From contig OZ252299.1 of assembly GCA_965250285.1 (NCBI GenBank), positions 5,504,001 through 5,568,000 on the forward strand: DNA of 64,000 bases, given 5' to 3'. The stretch's first letter is position 1. Each line of letters opens with the position of its first letter. Positions 10,824 through 20,721 of the stretch are shown one piece after another. Source of the stretch: Myxococcota bacterium. GTDB taxonomy: Bacteria > Myxococcota_A > UBA9160 > UBA4427. The translations under genes were made by a program, and so were the position numbers. The notes beneath the pieces were generated by a model, which did not search any database, had not been told where the DNA came from, and worked only from the letters and a program-made list of their open reading frames with translations.

Positions 10824-11138
10824 ATGCCCGATTCACTGTGGATGGGCCTCATGGCTTTGTCGCTGCCTCTGGGCATGATCGGGCTGTTCGTGCTCTGGAT
10901 GCAAGCCGGCAAACGAGGCGGGGTCTTCAAGTGGGCGTTCGTCGCGATCATCGTCGCGTTGATGTCGCTGATGATGTACGACGCTGCACACGATGTCGTC
11001 CGTCTAGCATCCGGAGATGCAACCACACGGTTCGGGGGCGGCTTCGGCGTCGTTCTCGACTTTCTGTGCGCGTGGTCGATGGGCCCCTTCATGGTCTGGG
11101 CCGTCACCGTGCGTGGGGTCTATCCGCCGTCGACGTAG
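10824..11138 (+). CDS. Small three-TM membrane protein
   Basis: GGAGGAG RBS; three hydrophobic helices. Confidence 0.7.
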   Translation: MPDSLWMGLMALSLPLGMIGLFVLWMQAGKRGGVFKWAFVAIIVALMSLMMYDAAHDVVRLASGDATTRFGGGFGVVLDFLCAWSMGPFMVWAVTVRGVYPPST

Positions 11139-11350
11139 CGGGTGCCGGGTCGGGTTCCGTCGGGTGTGCGGATCGAGCCCGAACCGCTGAGCCGGGCTGT
11201 CGCGCGGCGAGGCAGAGAGGTCGGCGTCGCGACACCGACGAACGGCTTCATCTGCGCTTCGCTGAAGCCGTGGCTCGACGGAGCGCCCGCGCTCGCACCG
11301 GGTGCGTGAGCCCGTCACACGCCGCGGCAGCCTTCCACGGCGGCCCCGGC

Positions 11351-11827
11351 TTGGGAGATCATCCACTGGGCGAATTCAGCGTGTCGTCGACTCTGGCCAC
11401 ATCGCCTTCGGCCTTGTGGCAGCACGCCGTGAGTCCTTCGGGCGTGAATCGCGAGTTTCGTCCGCTGCTGCGGATGACCTTTCCGCCGCACGTCACCGAT
11501 CTCACCGCAGGCGCCGAGCCGGGCCGACGGCTCTTTCGAAGCTGGATGCTGCTCGGCGGCGTCGTACCGGTCGAGTACGACGATCTCGCCTTCGAAGAAG
11601 TCGAGCCCGGCCACCGCTTTCTCGAGCGGTCTACGCTGCTCTCGCAGCGCGCATGGCAGCACGAACGCATCGTCGAACCCGTGGGCGACGGAGCGCGGCT
11701 CACCGACCGGGTCTCGTTCGCACCGCGGGTGTCGTGGCTCGATGGCCTGTATCGCGTCGTGTTTCTGGCCATCTTTCGCTGGCGGCACCGAAACGTGCGC
11801 GCGCTCTTTGGTGAGATCGAAGAGTGA
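11351..11827 (+). CDS. SRPBCC/cyclase-like protein
   Basis: GVNREFRPLLRMT, WQHERIV, LTDRVSF, FRWRHRN; start codon uncertain. Confidence 0.7.
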   Translation: MGDHPLGEFSVSSTLATSPSALWQHAVSPSGVNREFRPLLRMTFPPHVTDLTAGAEPGRRLFRSWMLLGGVVPVEYDDLAFEEVEPGHRFLERSTLLSQRAWQHERIVEPVGDGARLTDRVSFAPRVSWLDGLYRVVFLAIFRWRHRNVRALFGEIEE

Positions 11828-11985
11828 GAAGACCCGCTGCTTCGAAGGGATGGGCTCGGCGAGCGGCCAGCGCATGATCGAACTCGCACGCTGGGCTGGT
11901 CGTCGCTCGCGCTTGCAAGGCGCCGAGAAGCCGGTCTGGCCTGCTCGGCGCTGCATCTGGCCGATCGTGGCGGCAGCCGGCGGGG

Positions 11986-12414
11986 CTAGCTCGATTCGTC
12001 CGGGCCCGGCGGACGCCCCTCGAACGCGGGCAGGTCACCCCGAATCTCGTGCCAGACGGCCTTCTGTTCGATGAACGCGTGGCGAAATTCGCGGGTGCCC
12101 GGGTCGTCGTCGAGGACGCCGGGGTTGAGGATCACGAAGCCCGAGCCTTCGATCTCGACCGGGAGCGGTGAGCCGCAGCGGTCGCAGAACGAGCGGCGAT
12201 AGGCCGGTGGCGTGTCGAGCAGCGGCGCTTCGTAGGTGCGCACGCGCTCGCGGCCGCGCACCCACGTGAAGCCGGCGGCCGGTGCGAGCATCTCGGGCGA
12301 AGCAGCGCTGCCCGTCGCTTTTCGGCATCGCGTGGCATGACACAGTTGGATCGGCGTAAGGTCACCTTCGACGGCGAACGCGACGTCTCCACACAAGCAG
12401 CTGCCCTTCACCAT
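11986..12414 (-). CDS. GFA family protein
   Basis: GSCLCG, CHATRCRKATG (one Cys replaced by Ala), FCDRCGS. Confidence 0.88.
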   Translation of the reverse strand: MVKGSCLCGDVAFAVEGDLTPIQLCHATRCRKATGSAASPEMLAPAAGFTWVRGRERVRTYEAPLLDTPPAYRRSFCDRCGSPLPVEIEGSGFVILNPGVLDDDPGTREFRHAFIEQKAVWHEIRGDLPAFEGRPPGPDESS

Positions 12415-12624
12415 GCGACCCCTCCTGGTGGCGGTCATCGTGGCACGGCTGCGCGGGTCGCGCTCGGGTGGGCCGGTGGGGGGGCGGCGCCGTCGACGCC
12501 AGAGAGACCGGCGGCGCCTTCTGCCTGCACCCGTGCGTGATAGACTTCGTTTCGGTCACCGGTTGCCAGCGTCGATGCCAGAGGGGCGTTCGCTGGTGAG
12601 CGACGTTCATCGGGCGGATGCATC

Positions 12625-13107
12625 GTGGGGGCAGGGCCGGACTCGATCGATCCGGAGGGGGTCCTCGACGGGATCCGCTGGGGGGCGGTCGTCTTTGGCG
12701 TCGTCGTCGACCTCGCCGCGAGTCTCGTCGTGACGATCCCGATGCTGCTGATCCTGGCCGGCCCCGATGCGTTCTCGGAGAACGAAGCCATCGCGCAGGC
12801 GGCGCAGGCGCAGGCGCTCGAGTCGGATTTTGCGACGTTGGTCGGGGTCGTCGTCGGTCTCTTCTGCACCGTGATCGGTGCGTTCGTCGGTGCACGCCGC
12901 GCGGCCTGCCACTTCGTTCGCCACGGCGGCTGGATCGGCGTCGGGTCGCTCGTGCTCGGTGTCGCTCTGATCGCCATGCTGCCCCCCGAGCCGGCGTCGC
13001 CGCTCTGGGCCGACATGACGAGTCTGCTCGGGATCGTGCCCGCCGGCATGGCGGGCGGCCTGCTGGCGGCGTTCGTCAGCGGTGATGTGGATGAACGCGC
13101 CGACTGA
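12625..13107 (+). CDS. Four-TM hypothetical membrane protein
   Basis: Hydrophobic helix pattern and codon usage. Confidence 0.7.
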   Translation: MGAGPDSIDPEGVLDGIRWGAVVFGVVVDLAASLVVTIPMLLILAGPDAFSENEAIAQAAQAQALESDFATLVGVVVGLFCTVIGAFVGARRAACHFVRHGGWIGVGSLVLGVALIAMLPPEPASPLWADMTSLLGIVPAGMAGGLLAAFVSGDVDERAD

Positions 13108-13167
13108 CAGCGGCGTCTGGTGCGTGGGGCCGCGTCGCCCACGCCTGTTTCGACCGCGAGGGGCGTC

Positions 13168-13536
13168 ATGGAAGCACCCGAACATGTGACCGGGCTGAGC
13201 CTCGAATGGACGGGTCGTCATCACTCGGCCCAGGGCGACTTCGGCGATCTGTCGACCCATACGGTGACCTACGAGACCGACACGACCTGCTACGTCACGT
13301 CGGAGGGGCGACTCGTCGGCGAGGCGACCTACGTGTACGAACGGCTCGACGAGCAGGTCGGGGTCTGCATCTATCGGCCGAAGGTGTGGCAGGGCCGCAC
13401 CGACGCCGTGCTGCACGCGATCTTCAACTTCGCCGAGATGACCGATCGCGCCGTCGTGACGTCGGGTGGCCGCCCCTTCGCCGTCGCCGACGGGCGACTT
13501 CGGAGCGTGCCGACGCCGCCTCGCCCTGCCGATTGA
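13168..13536 (+). CDS. Small beta-barrel protein (MoaF/PAD-like, tentative)
   Basis: Beta-rich 122-aa ORF after GAGGGG RBS. Confidence 0.55.
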   Translation: MEAPEHVTGLSLEWTGRHHSAQGDFGDLSTHTVTYETDTTCYVTSEGRLVGEATYVYERLDEQVGVCIYRPKVWQGRTDAVLHAIFNFAEMTDRAVVTSGGRPFAVADGRLRSVPTPPRPAD

Positions 13537-13542
13537 GGGTCT

Positions 13543-14214
13543 GTGCAGATGACCTCGATTCCTTCGGCTGCGCTCTGTCTCGTGGCCGGCCTCATCGTGG
13601 GGTCAGCGTGCCTGGTCGCGCAGGGGCCGCTGCCCGGTGACGTGGGGGTCACGCACCTGCTTCAGGCGGGGCTCGGCGATGCGCCGCGCTGGGCGACATG
13701 GCTGACGAGGACCGCGAAGGCGCCGCTCGTGCTCGCGACGCTCGTCGTGTCGGTTGGGCTCGCGTTCATGCGAGGCGGACGCCGGGCCGCGGTCTTGCCC
13801 GTTGTGACGATCATCGCCGTCTACGGGCTCGATCCCCTGCTGCGTGCGGTCGTCTTCGCGCCCAAGCCGAGCGCCGACCTCGTCGCCGTGGCTGCGGCGA
13901 GCACGTCGTCGGGCGTGCCTTCGACGTTCGGTCTCGTGTACGGCGGGCTCTTCGGTGCGGTGTGCGCGACGCCGAGCGCGGGCACGGCGATGGCGAAGCT
14001 GGCGTCGGGGCTGAGCATCGTCTCGATCGTCGCGGGAGCGGCGGCGCGCATCGTGCTCGGCGGTCACTGGCTGAGCCAGCTCGTCGCGTCGGTGCTGCTG
14101 GCGTTCGCGCTGGTGCTCGCTCTCCAGGCCGCGCTTGGCGCCGTGGGCTTCGGTGTCGAGGCGGGGCCGGCGCCTGCCGAGTCGTCGGAGCCATCGGGTC
14201 GCCACCGCGAGTAG
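13543..14214 (+). CDS. PAP2-like membrane protein (degenerate motifs)
   Basis: GVPSTFG in place of PSGH; ARIVLGGHWLSQ in place of SRx5Hx3D. Confidence 0.65.
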   Translation: MQMTSIPSAALCLVAGLIVGSACLVAQGPLPGDVGVTHLLQAGLGDAPRWATWLTRTAKAPLVLATLVVSVGLAFMRGGRRAAVLPVVTIIAVYGLDPLLRAVVFAPKPSADLVAVAAASTSSGVPSTFGLVYGGLFGAVCATPSAGTAMAKLASGLSIVSIVAGAAARIVLGGHWLSQLVASVLLAFALVLALQAALGAVGFGVEAGPAPAESSEPSGRHRE

Positions 14215-14401
14215 CCCGCGGCGGGACCACGCGGTGGCGGTGCAGTGGCCGCGTGGAGCACGAGTCTTGGTTCGAGCCGAACGGGCCGCCTCGAGGCCGG
14301 GCGGTGCGCAGTTGCACCGCGGGCCCGTGGTAGCATCGAGCAGCTGATTCGAAGCGAAACGGGGCGGCACGGCGCCGACCCGCGCTCGACTTCGATCGCC
14401 C

Positions 14402-14929
14402 ATGGATGGAGCCGTGCGCGAGCTGCCGCCGCCCGAAGACGACGTCGACCGCAAGATCCTGGCCGATGTCGAGCGTGATGGCTGGCACGTGGTCACGGTG
14501 CCCGGGGGCGCGACGACGCCGGGCTGGGCGTACTCGATCGGGCTGCAACGCACGTTTTCTCACCCCGAAGTGATCCTCTTCGGCCTGCCGGTCGATCCCA
14601 TGCATCGCATGGTCGACGTGATCGGGGATGCGATTCGAGCGGGCGCGCGGTTCGACGCCCACTCGACCTCGACCGAGATCCTCGAGGGCTACACCTGTGC
14701 CTTCGAGCCGGTCGCCGCGCCTTGGTACGAGGTGTTCCTCGGCTACGCGGTCTGGTTTCACCAGGGGGTCGACTTTCCGGTCGTGCAGTGCCTGTGGCCC
14801 GATCAGGACGGGGCCTTGCCGACCGACGAGCGGTTCGATGCCGATCTGCTCGATCTGCAGCCGCTGCTCTGGCACACGACGGCCGAGGCCGCCCGGGCCG
14901 AAGCGATCCTGCACTCGATCGATCTCTAA
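14402..14929 (+). CDS. DUF4262 domain protein
   Basis: GWHVVTV, WAYSIGL, HPEVILFGL, QCLWPD. Confidence 0.85.
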   Translation: MDGAVRELPPPEDDVDRKILADVERDGWHVVTVPGGATTPGWAYSIGLQRTFSHPEVILFGLPVDPMHRMVDVIGDAIRAGARFDAHSTSTEILEGYTCAFEPVAAPWYEVFLGYAVWFHQGVDFPVVQCLWPDQDGALPTDERFDADLLDLQPLLWHTTAEAARAEAILHSIDL

Positions 14930-15122
14930 CGTTCGCGGCGCACACGCGCCTCGCGCCGAGCCAATGCGCGTCGGCTGGCCGAGCCAATGCACTGAGCGTC
15001 GCCTTCAGCGAGGCTCGGCTCGCAGTCGGTTCCGGTGCCACGCACGGTGCGTTCGGTCTGCGGCGCGTCGTGATCGCTTCGCGTCGTCCGCGCCGACAGG
15101 CGCTCGCGAGGTCGTGTCGAAC

Positions 15123-15700
15123 ATGCATCGCTCGGTGGCCTTCGTCTCTGCCGCGACGCTGCTCGTTGCGGGCGGGTTGCTCGTGGTCGACCGGGGAGGT
15201 CTCCTCGCGTGGCTCGGGGGCGTGCTGGGCGCGGGGCTACGCTCAAGGCCGCATTCCGACCGGCGCCGCGCGACGCGGTGTGGGCCGTCGCTGCGCTCGT
15301 TCTCTTCGGCGTCGCCTGGGGCACGGTCTGGTTCTACGTCGTGTCGACGTGGGAATCGGGTGAGGTGGTGCAGCTGACCCTCGCCGACAACCACGTCGCC
15401 CGCGTCTGGGTGCTCGACACCGAGGCGGGGCCGGCGATGTACTACGACGCACCCCCGCGCGTGGCCGAACTGCTGCTGGCGAGCGCACCGGTGACGATGA
15501 CGCGCAATGACGGCGACGTGCAGGGTTGCGCACGCGCTTCGCGCGTCGAGGCGCTGCCCGAAGCACGCGTGCAGCAGCTACTCGGTCGGATGCAGACCAA
15601 GTACGCGCATCGCAACACGGCGACCGCGGTCTACTATGCTCTTCTCGGCGTCAGGCGAAATCGCTTGGGCCTCGTGATCGAGATCGGCCCCTGCGACTGA
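15123..15700 (+). pseudogene. Membrane-anchored protein split by a frameshift near 15239
   Basis: TM N-terminus (MHRSVAFV...GAGL) continues in another frame as TLKAAFRP...EIGPCD. Confidence 0.6.
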
Positions 15701-15768
15701 CCCGACGACGGGCCACGCCGAACGCTGTGCGGTCCAGACCCTTCCACTTCAGATCGAAAGGATCTTCG

Positions 15769-16032
15769 ATGCGTCCGATGCTCGCGATCGCCGTCCTCGT
15801 CACCACGCTCGCGTTGAGCGCCCTCTGGCTCAGCCCGACTTCAGAGGCCGCCGTCGGCCCCTTCGGTGAGGCGAAGGTCAGGCTCTATTCGAACGGAGTG
15901 GTCGTCGGCGAGTGGCTCGCCGTCGGCCGCGGTCGCGTCGAGGGCGACACGTTCGTCTTTCCTGTGCGCAAGGGCTCGCGCGACATGGACGTGCGCATCA
16001 GCGGCACCTTCTCGTTCGAAGAGCAGCCGTAG
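15769..16032 (+). CDS. Small secreted beta-rich protein
   Basis: AAGGA RBS; signal peptide; ends VRISGTFSFEEQP. Confidence 0.7.
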   Translation: MRPMLAIAVLVTTLALSALWLSPTSEAAVGPFGEAKVRLYSNGVVVGEWLAVGRGRVEGDTFVFPVRKGSRDMDVRISGTFSFEEQP

Positions 16033-16095
16033 TCGCCGCTCGACGCGGGGCTGCATCCGACGAGGCCGTCGAACCAGCCGCTCGCCGAACCGCCC

Positions 16096-17466
16096 TCAGG
16101 CTTCGAGCGCGTGGGGCGGCGCTGCCCTCGGGTCGAGCTCGATCGAGACGCCCGAGACGTAGCGGCCCAGACGCGCGTCGACCTCGTCCCGGTCGGCGCC
16201 GGTCAGCATCACGGTCGCTACGGCGTCGTACGTACCCTCCGGTCCGGCGACGATCTCGCCCTCGTGCTTGATGAGTTCGGCCGCGCACTCGTTCTCGAAC
16301 GGCAGATCGTGTGGCAGCGCCACGCGCGTGATCTGCGACCGGGCTCCAGCGAGGAAGAAGTGGAGCAGGGCCGAGGCCGCCGGCGTCTCGTAGCAGCGCA
16401 GGTCGATCGGTGAATCGACCGCGATCTTCAGCGTCTGCTCGACGATGTCGACGCCGTAGCAGGTCTCGATCAGAGGCAGAACCGCCTCGCCGTCGATGCG
16501 GGCGTTGATCTCGTAGAGCTGCGGCCCGCGGTCGGTCATGACGGCGTCGAGGTTCACCGGTCCATCCGAGAGGCCGAACGCCGTGACGACGTCTTCAGCG
16601 AGCATTCGAAAGGCATGCTGATCTTCCCAACCGAGGCGGCTCGGAAACGCGAGCGTCGCGTAGCGATGATCCGACGAAGAGACGCACTGACCATCGGCGA
16701 TCGCGAAGAACACGATCTTGCCATTCTGTACGAGCAGCTCGATGCCGACGCGGCCCAGGCCGAAGGGCTCGAGTCGGGCGGCCGGCGCGAGATACTCTTC
16801 GAGCAGGAAGTTGGCGTGCTGCTCCGAGAAGTCGTCGAGCAGACTCTCGACCAGCTCGGCGGGGATGCGCGTCTGGATCTCGTGCAGCAGCGCATCGAAC
16901 GTCGGGATGATCTCGGCTTTGGTCGCGACGCGCCGGGTGGCGATCGATCCGGCGCCCTGTGCAGGCTTGAAGAAGGCGGGTGTGGGGAACCAGCGCGCCG
17001 CTGCTTCGGCCTCGTGTCGGTCGTCGAGGTGTACGAACCGAGGCACGGGCAGCCCCTTCATCTCGAGGATCTCGCGCATCATCGTCTTGTCGCGGCAGGC
17101 GACCGAACCCCACACGCTGTGGCCACAGTAGTCGAAGTCTCTCTGGAGCCGAGCCGTTGCCTCGCTGCGCTCTTCGATGAAGGTCACGATGCCGTCGAGC
17201 GGCTCACGGTCGATGTAGTGCTGTACGGCCGTATGGCAGGCGGCCTCGTCGGTCGGATCGACGGGCAGCACGGTCTGTGCGTACGCGGCTGCATCCGACC
17301 GGGCACTGCCGAGCAGCACGACCTCGACACCCAGCTCGCTCGCCCGTCGCACATGACCGCTCCCGCGCCGAGGCCATTCGTCGTCGCTTACGCCGACCAC
17401 CAGGACTCGCTTGCCCGCGAGCACGTCACCATCATCGAAATCAGACATCATGTTCGTTCTCTCCAT
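16096..17466 (-). CDS. ATP-grasp ligase (L-amino-acid ligase-like)
   Basis: DKTMMRE, KPAQGAGS, LLEEYL, YEINAR; start overlaps the upstream stop (TGATG). Confidence 0.85.
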   Translation of the reverse strand: MERTNMMSDFDDGDVLAGKRVLVVGVSDDEWPRRGSGHVRRASELGVEVVLLGSARSDAAAYAQTVLPVDPTDEAACHTAVQHYIDREPLDGIVTFIEERSEATARLQRDFDYCGHSVWGSVACRDKTMMREILEMKGLPVPRFVHLDDRHEAEAAARWFPTPAFFKPAQGAGSIATRRVATKAEIIPTFDALLHEIQTRIPAELVESLLDDFSEQHANFLLEEYLAPAARLEPFGLGRVGIELLVQNGKIVFFAIADGQCVSSSDHRYATLAFPSRLGWEDQHAFRMLAEDVVTAFGLSDGPVNLDAVMTDRGPQLYEINARIDGEAVLPLIETCYGVDIVEQTLKIAVDSPIDLRCYETPAASALLHFFLAGARSQITRVALPHDLPFENECAAELIKHEGEIVAGPEGTYDAVATVMLTGADRDEVDARLGRYVSGVSIELDPRAAPPHALEA

Positions 17467-18644
17467 CAGAAGTAGCTCTCGAGCTCTCCGGTTCGTCGCA
17501 CATCCAAGGTCACGCAGTGAAACCCGCCCCCCAGCTCGCGCCCATGTCGCAGCCGAAGCGGCAGCACGTCGATCCCCACGCCTTCGAGCTGCTCGATCAG
17601 CGCAGTCTGGTGCTGATCGACGACGGCCAGATCGGGCGACAGCATCAGCGTGTTCATGCCGAACCACTTCGAGGCCATGGGCGTGAGGCCGCTGTATCGA
17701 GGCTCGGCCATCTCGGGCGCGTAGAGCACCTGCCAGTCTCGAAGCGGCGCGGGCAGGTTGTCGGCATTCACGCGCTCGGGGTTGGCCAGCACCAGGCCGG
17801 GGCGCAGCAGGGCGAGCGTCGTGTCGATGTGCGCCGACGAGTAGAGATCGCGGCAGGCGTGAACGCGGTAGTCGGGGCCGAGCATCGATCGCAGCCAGGT
17901 GAGCCCCATCTCGTTGCCCGAGTCGGATACGAGATAGAACACGTCGCGCCCGGCCTTGATGACGTTCGCGGCGTCGAAGAGCGGCTCGGCGTTCGTGATT
18001 GCGCTGTCGGCGCCACTCGTGAAGTCGTACGCGTCGTCGGCGAGGATGGGGCGGGGTGCCGAGAGCCAACGCGCGCCGCTCTCGAGATACTCGGCCAGGA
18101 TCTTCTTGTAGGCCCAGGCTTCGAAGTAGCGTGAGCGAAAGACGTTGGGTGTTTCGATGATCGTGTCGCCGATCGAGAGCAGCACGTCACGGGGGCAGTA
18201 GGGGAAGTACCAGCCGCTCTCCCAGAGTGGAGTCTTGATCGTCTCGGTGTACTCGAGCGCTTCGGGTCGACGTACTCGGATGCCGAGCTTCTCGAGCTCA
18301 TTGGCGAAGATCGAAAGGTCTTCCTCGGTCTCCTCGATGATCCAATCGGGAAAGGCCGCTGCGCTCATGTCGCTGTAGATGTCGGGGGAAGCCTGCGACA
18401 GTGCGTCCATGCCGAGATCGTTCGGCAGTTGCGCGAACGCGGCCGTACCGACGATCACCTCTTCGAGCGGATCCCATTCATTGTGCGTTTGCACGAGGCT
18501 CTCGTGTGGCGAAGCGATTCGGGCGGTACACGGGATCGGTGGTGCCTTGTTGCAGTCGGTTCGTTCGCGGGTGTCGATCGGAAAGAGCTGTGCTGCGAAT
18601 GGATCGCTCGCAATCGGTTCAGCGGGAATATTCATGGATGACAT
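17466..18644 (-). CDS. Amidinotransferase (glycine/inosamine-phosphate amidinotransferase family)
   Basis: HNEWDPLEEVIVG, CPRD, FDAAN, HIDTT, GGGFHCVTLD (catalytic Asp/His/Cys). Confidence 0.93.
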   Translation of the reverse strand: MSSMNIPAEPIASDPFAAQLFPIDTRERTDCNKAPPIPCTARIASPHESLVQTHNEWDPLEEVIVGTAAFAQLPNDLGMDALSQASPDIYSDMSAAAFPDWIIEETEEDLSIFANELEKLGIRVRRPEALEYTETIKTPLWESGWYFPYCPRDVLLSIGDTIIETPNVFRSRYFEAWAYKKILAEYLESGARWLSAPRPILADDAYDFTSGADSAITNAEPLFDAANVIKAGRDVFYLVSDSGNEMGLTWLRSMLGPDYRVHACRDLYSSAHIDTTLALLRPGLVLANPERVNADNLPAPLRDWQVLYAPEMAEPRYSGLTPMASKWFGMNTLMLSPDLAVVDQHQTALIEQLEGVGIDVLPLRLRHGRELGGGFHCVTLDVRRTGELESYF

Positions 18645-19024
18645 TCGTTTCGAGCTCCCTTCATTGTTTCGCGTTCTCAACGCTCGAGATCAGCCTAAGC
18701 ACATGAAGGGGCTCGCAAGGCGAATCGCCATGGACTCGATCGAGCTCTGCCCTGCGCTGACGCCCGTCGAGACCGGGCGGTTCCCCGCCCGGCTCGTGGG
18801 CGACGCGTGTGCACGTGCAGCGTGGAGCACCGCGGCCGTGCGGTGTGTGTCCCATCAGGCGCGAATGGCCCATTGGCAGCGCAAGGCGCGCACGAAGTCG
18901 TTTCTTCGAAAGGCCAATTCAGAAGCCTTGCCGCGCCGCGATGCGGACACAGGCTTTCGCCATGAGGCCGGATGGGTGGCCCAACGGCGGCCGGCTCGCG
19001 GCCTCGAGTCGAGGAGGACAGGCG

Positions 19025-19316
19025 ATGCCGCAGATCCACACACTCACGGGCGAGGGTTGGCAGACCGGTGTGCTCGTCGACCCCGCGCCGCGCGGCGCTG
19101 CGACGCCCGCGCTCACGCCGACGCTCGGCGAGTACCCGATCTACGACGGTTCGCTGTACGAGATCATGGCCGGCGACTCGGAGCGCAACGAGCGTTTCTG
19201 CGAGGCGCTCGAACGCTACGCGAGAGATCGCGTCGTCCTCGACATCGGGACCGGGGCCTTCCTCTACTGGGCCCGCGAGAGCCTGCGCTTCGGCGCGCGC
19301 GAGGCCATCGCGATAA
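19025..19316 (+). pseudogene. Truncated PRMT-like SAM methyltransferase (N-terminal ~97 aa)
   Basis: GAGGAGG RBS; GEYPIYD...MAGDSERNERF...VVLDIGTG...GAREAIAI, cut off by the next gene. Confidence 0.75.
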
Positions 19317-19325
19317 GGACACGCC

Positions 19326-19799
19326 ATGAAGAAACTTGCGATCGTCGCGTTTGCCATCGGTTTGGTTCTGGCTTGCTCATCGAGCCGTCGAGAGGGTGTC
19401 GAAGACTTCGATCCGCAGGTTCAAACGGTCGACGTGTTCGGGCAGTGGGGCGTGGAGGATCGCGGCGGCGTGCTTCGGCTCGTCGTCGCCGCCGACACCC
19501 CTTCGGCCTCATCGAATGCCGCCTACCTGCAGTGGCTGAGCCTCAAGAAGGGACCGTTCACCTGGTGGCCCGATGAGGTCGTCGAGTCTCTTCACATCAT
19601 TGAGATCCCTGAATCTGTGCGGATCGTCGACGTCAAGCTGCCGCACTTCGTTCACGATGAGGGCCAGTTCGAGATTCACGGCGTCGGTCCCGATGGCGCC
19701 GTGTTCGTCTATTGCGGCACGTCGCACGAGCTGGGCACCTACCGAATCGAGCCCAGCGCTTGCCCGCTGCCACGAGAGGGCGCGCCCGAAGCGTCTTAG
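19326..19799 (+). CDS. Hypothetical lipoprotein
   Basis: AAGGA RBS; MKK...VLAC lipobox. Confidence 0.8.
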   Translation: MKKLAIVAFAIGLVLACSSSRREGVEDFDPQVQTVDVFGQWGVEDRGGVLRLVVAADTPSASSNAAYLQWLSLKKGPFTWWPDEVVESLHIIEIPESVRIVDVKLPHFVHDEGQFEIHGVGPDGAVFVYCGTSHELGTYRIEPSACPLPREGAPEAS

Positions 19800-19921
19800 C
19801 CGACCCGGCCGACCCGCAACCGGCACTCCGCGCGTGACGGGCCGGGCCGTTTGAGCGCCGAGCATGCCGGGGTACGATCGCTCCCGACAAGCGACTTCGC
19901 GTCGCTCGAAAGGAGCCGCTC

Positions 19922-20155
19922 GTGGTCATCGAGGCGTTCGGGTTCGCGTCGGTCTCGCTGATGGTTCTGTTCTATGCGCTCGAATCGAGGGCCCCGGTCT
20001 TCGTGCTGGCCTTTGCGGCGTCGTGCCTTTCATCGGCGACGTATGCGGCCCTCATCGAGTCGTGGCCGTTCGCGGCGGTCGAGTCGGTCTGGTCGGTGGT
20101 CGCGCTGCGGCGCTGGCTTCGGCTGTCGCGTGCAGCGGGTGAGGCGGTGGGCTAG
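19922..20155 (+). CDS. Small membrane protein
   Basis: AAGGAG RBS; MVLFYALE...WPFAAVESVWSVVALRRW. Confidence 0.75.
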   Translation: MVIEAFGFASVSLMVLFYALESRAPVFVLAFAASCLSSATYAALIESWPFAAVESVWSVVALRRWLRLSRAAGEAVG

Positions 20156-20211
20156 GCGTGGCCGAGGCGCCAGCGGCGGGCGTGCTTCGATGCCGCCGGG
20201 GAGGTTGGCCG

Positions 20212-20721
20212 ATGGGCCAGATCCATGGGCAGCACAAACCCTCGAAGAAGTCGAAGCTGGGCACGGGGTCTGCGCTCTTCACGTTGACTCTGTACCTGGC
20301 GCTTCTGCTGGCGCTGCGCGGTGTGTTCGGCGAGGTCGCCCTCGCGATTGCGTTTCCGGCCACGCTGGTCGCGATCATCGTGGTCCCGCTCTTTCGTGCC
20401 TACGTGTATCCAGCAGAGCCGCCGACACCGCGCGGTCGGCGCGTCGAGGTCGAGCGCGGCACGATGCGGCAATTCGATGACGACGCGCTCGTCGGATCGA
20501 TCGACCTGATGCAGCCCTTCGAGTACGAGATTCTCGATCGGCACCGTGCGCACGACTCGCTCTTTCGGGTCCATCAGCAGGGTGGGGCGCTCACGTTCTA
20601 CAATTCCGACCCGGGTGGTGCGGAGGCGGTTCGTGACGCGCTGCAGATCGAGTGGCCGAGGCCCGCGCGCGGGGCCAGTCGGAGCGTCGGCCCTTCGATC
20701 GAGGATGGGGACTTCCCTTGA
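20212..20721 (+). CDS. Hypothetical two-TM protein
   Basis: GGAGG RBS; two TM segments plus a soluble domain. Confidence 0.65.
   Translation: MGQIHGQHKPSKKSKLGTGSALFTLTLYLALLLALRGVFGEVALAIAFPATLVAIIVVPLFRAYVYPAEPPTPRGRRVEVERGTMRQFDDDALVGSIDLMQPFEYEILDRHRAHDSLFRVHQQGGALTFYNSDPGGAEAVRDALQIEWPRPARGASRSVGPSIEDGDFP

Noticed and set aside
14923..15060. Possible attC starting at CTCTAAC
   Set aside because: No complementary GTTAGAG-type R' box or L-box pairing found; other spacers lack the pattern.
17466..19316. Creatine pathway (AGAT + GAMT)
   Set aside because: The methyltransferase is PRMT-like rather than GAMT-like and is truncated; coupling to an ATP-grasp ligase points to peptide chemistry.
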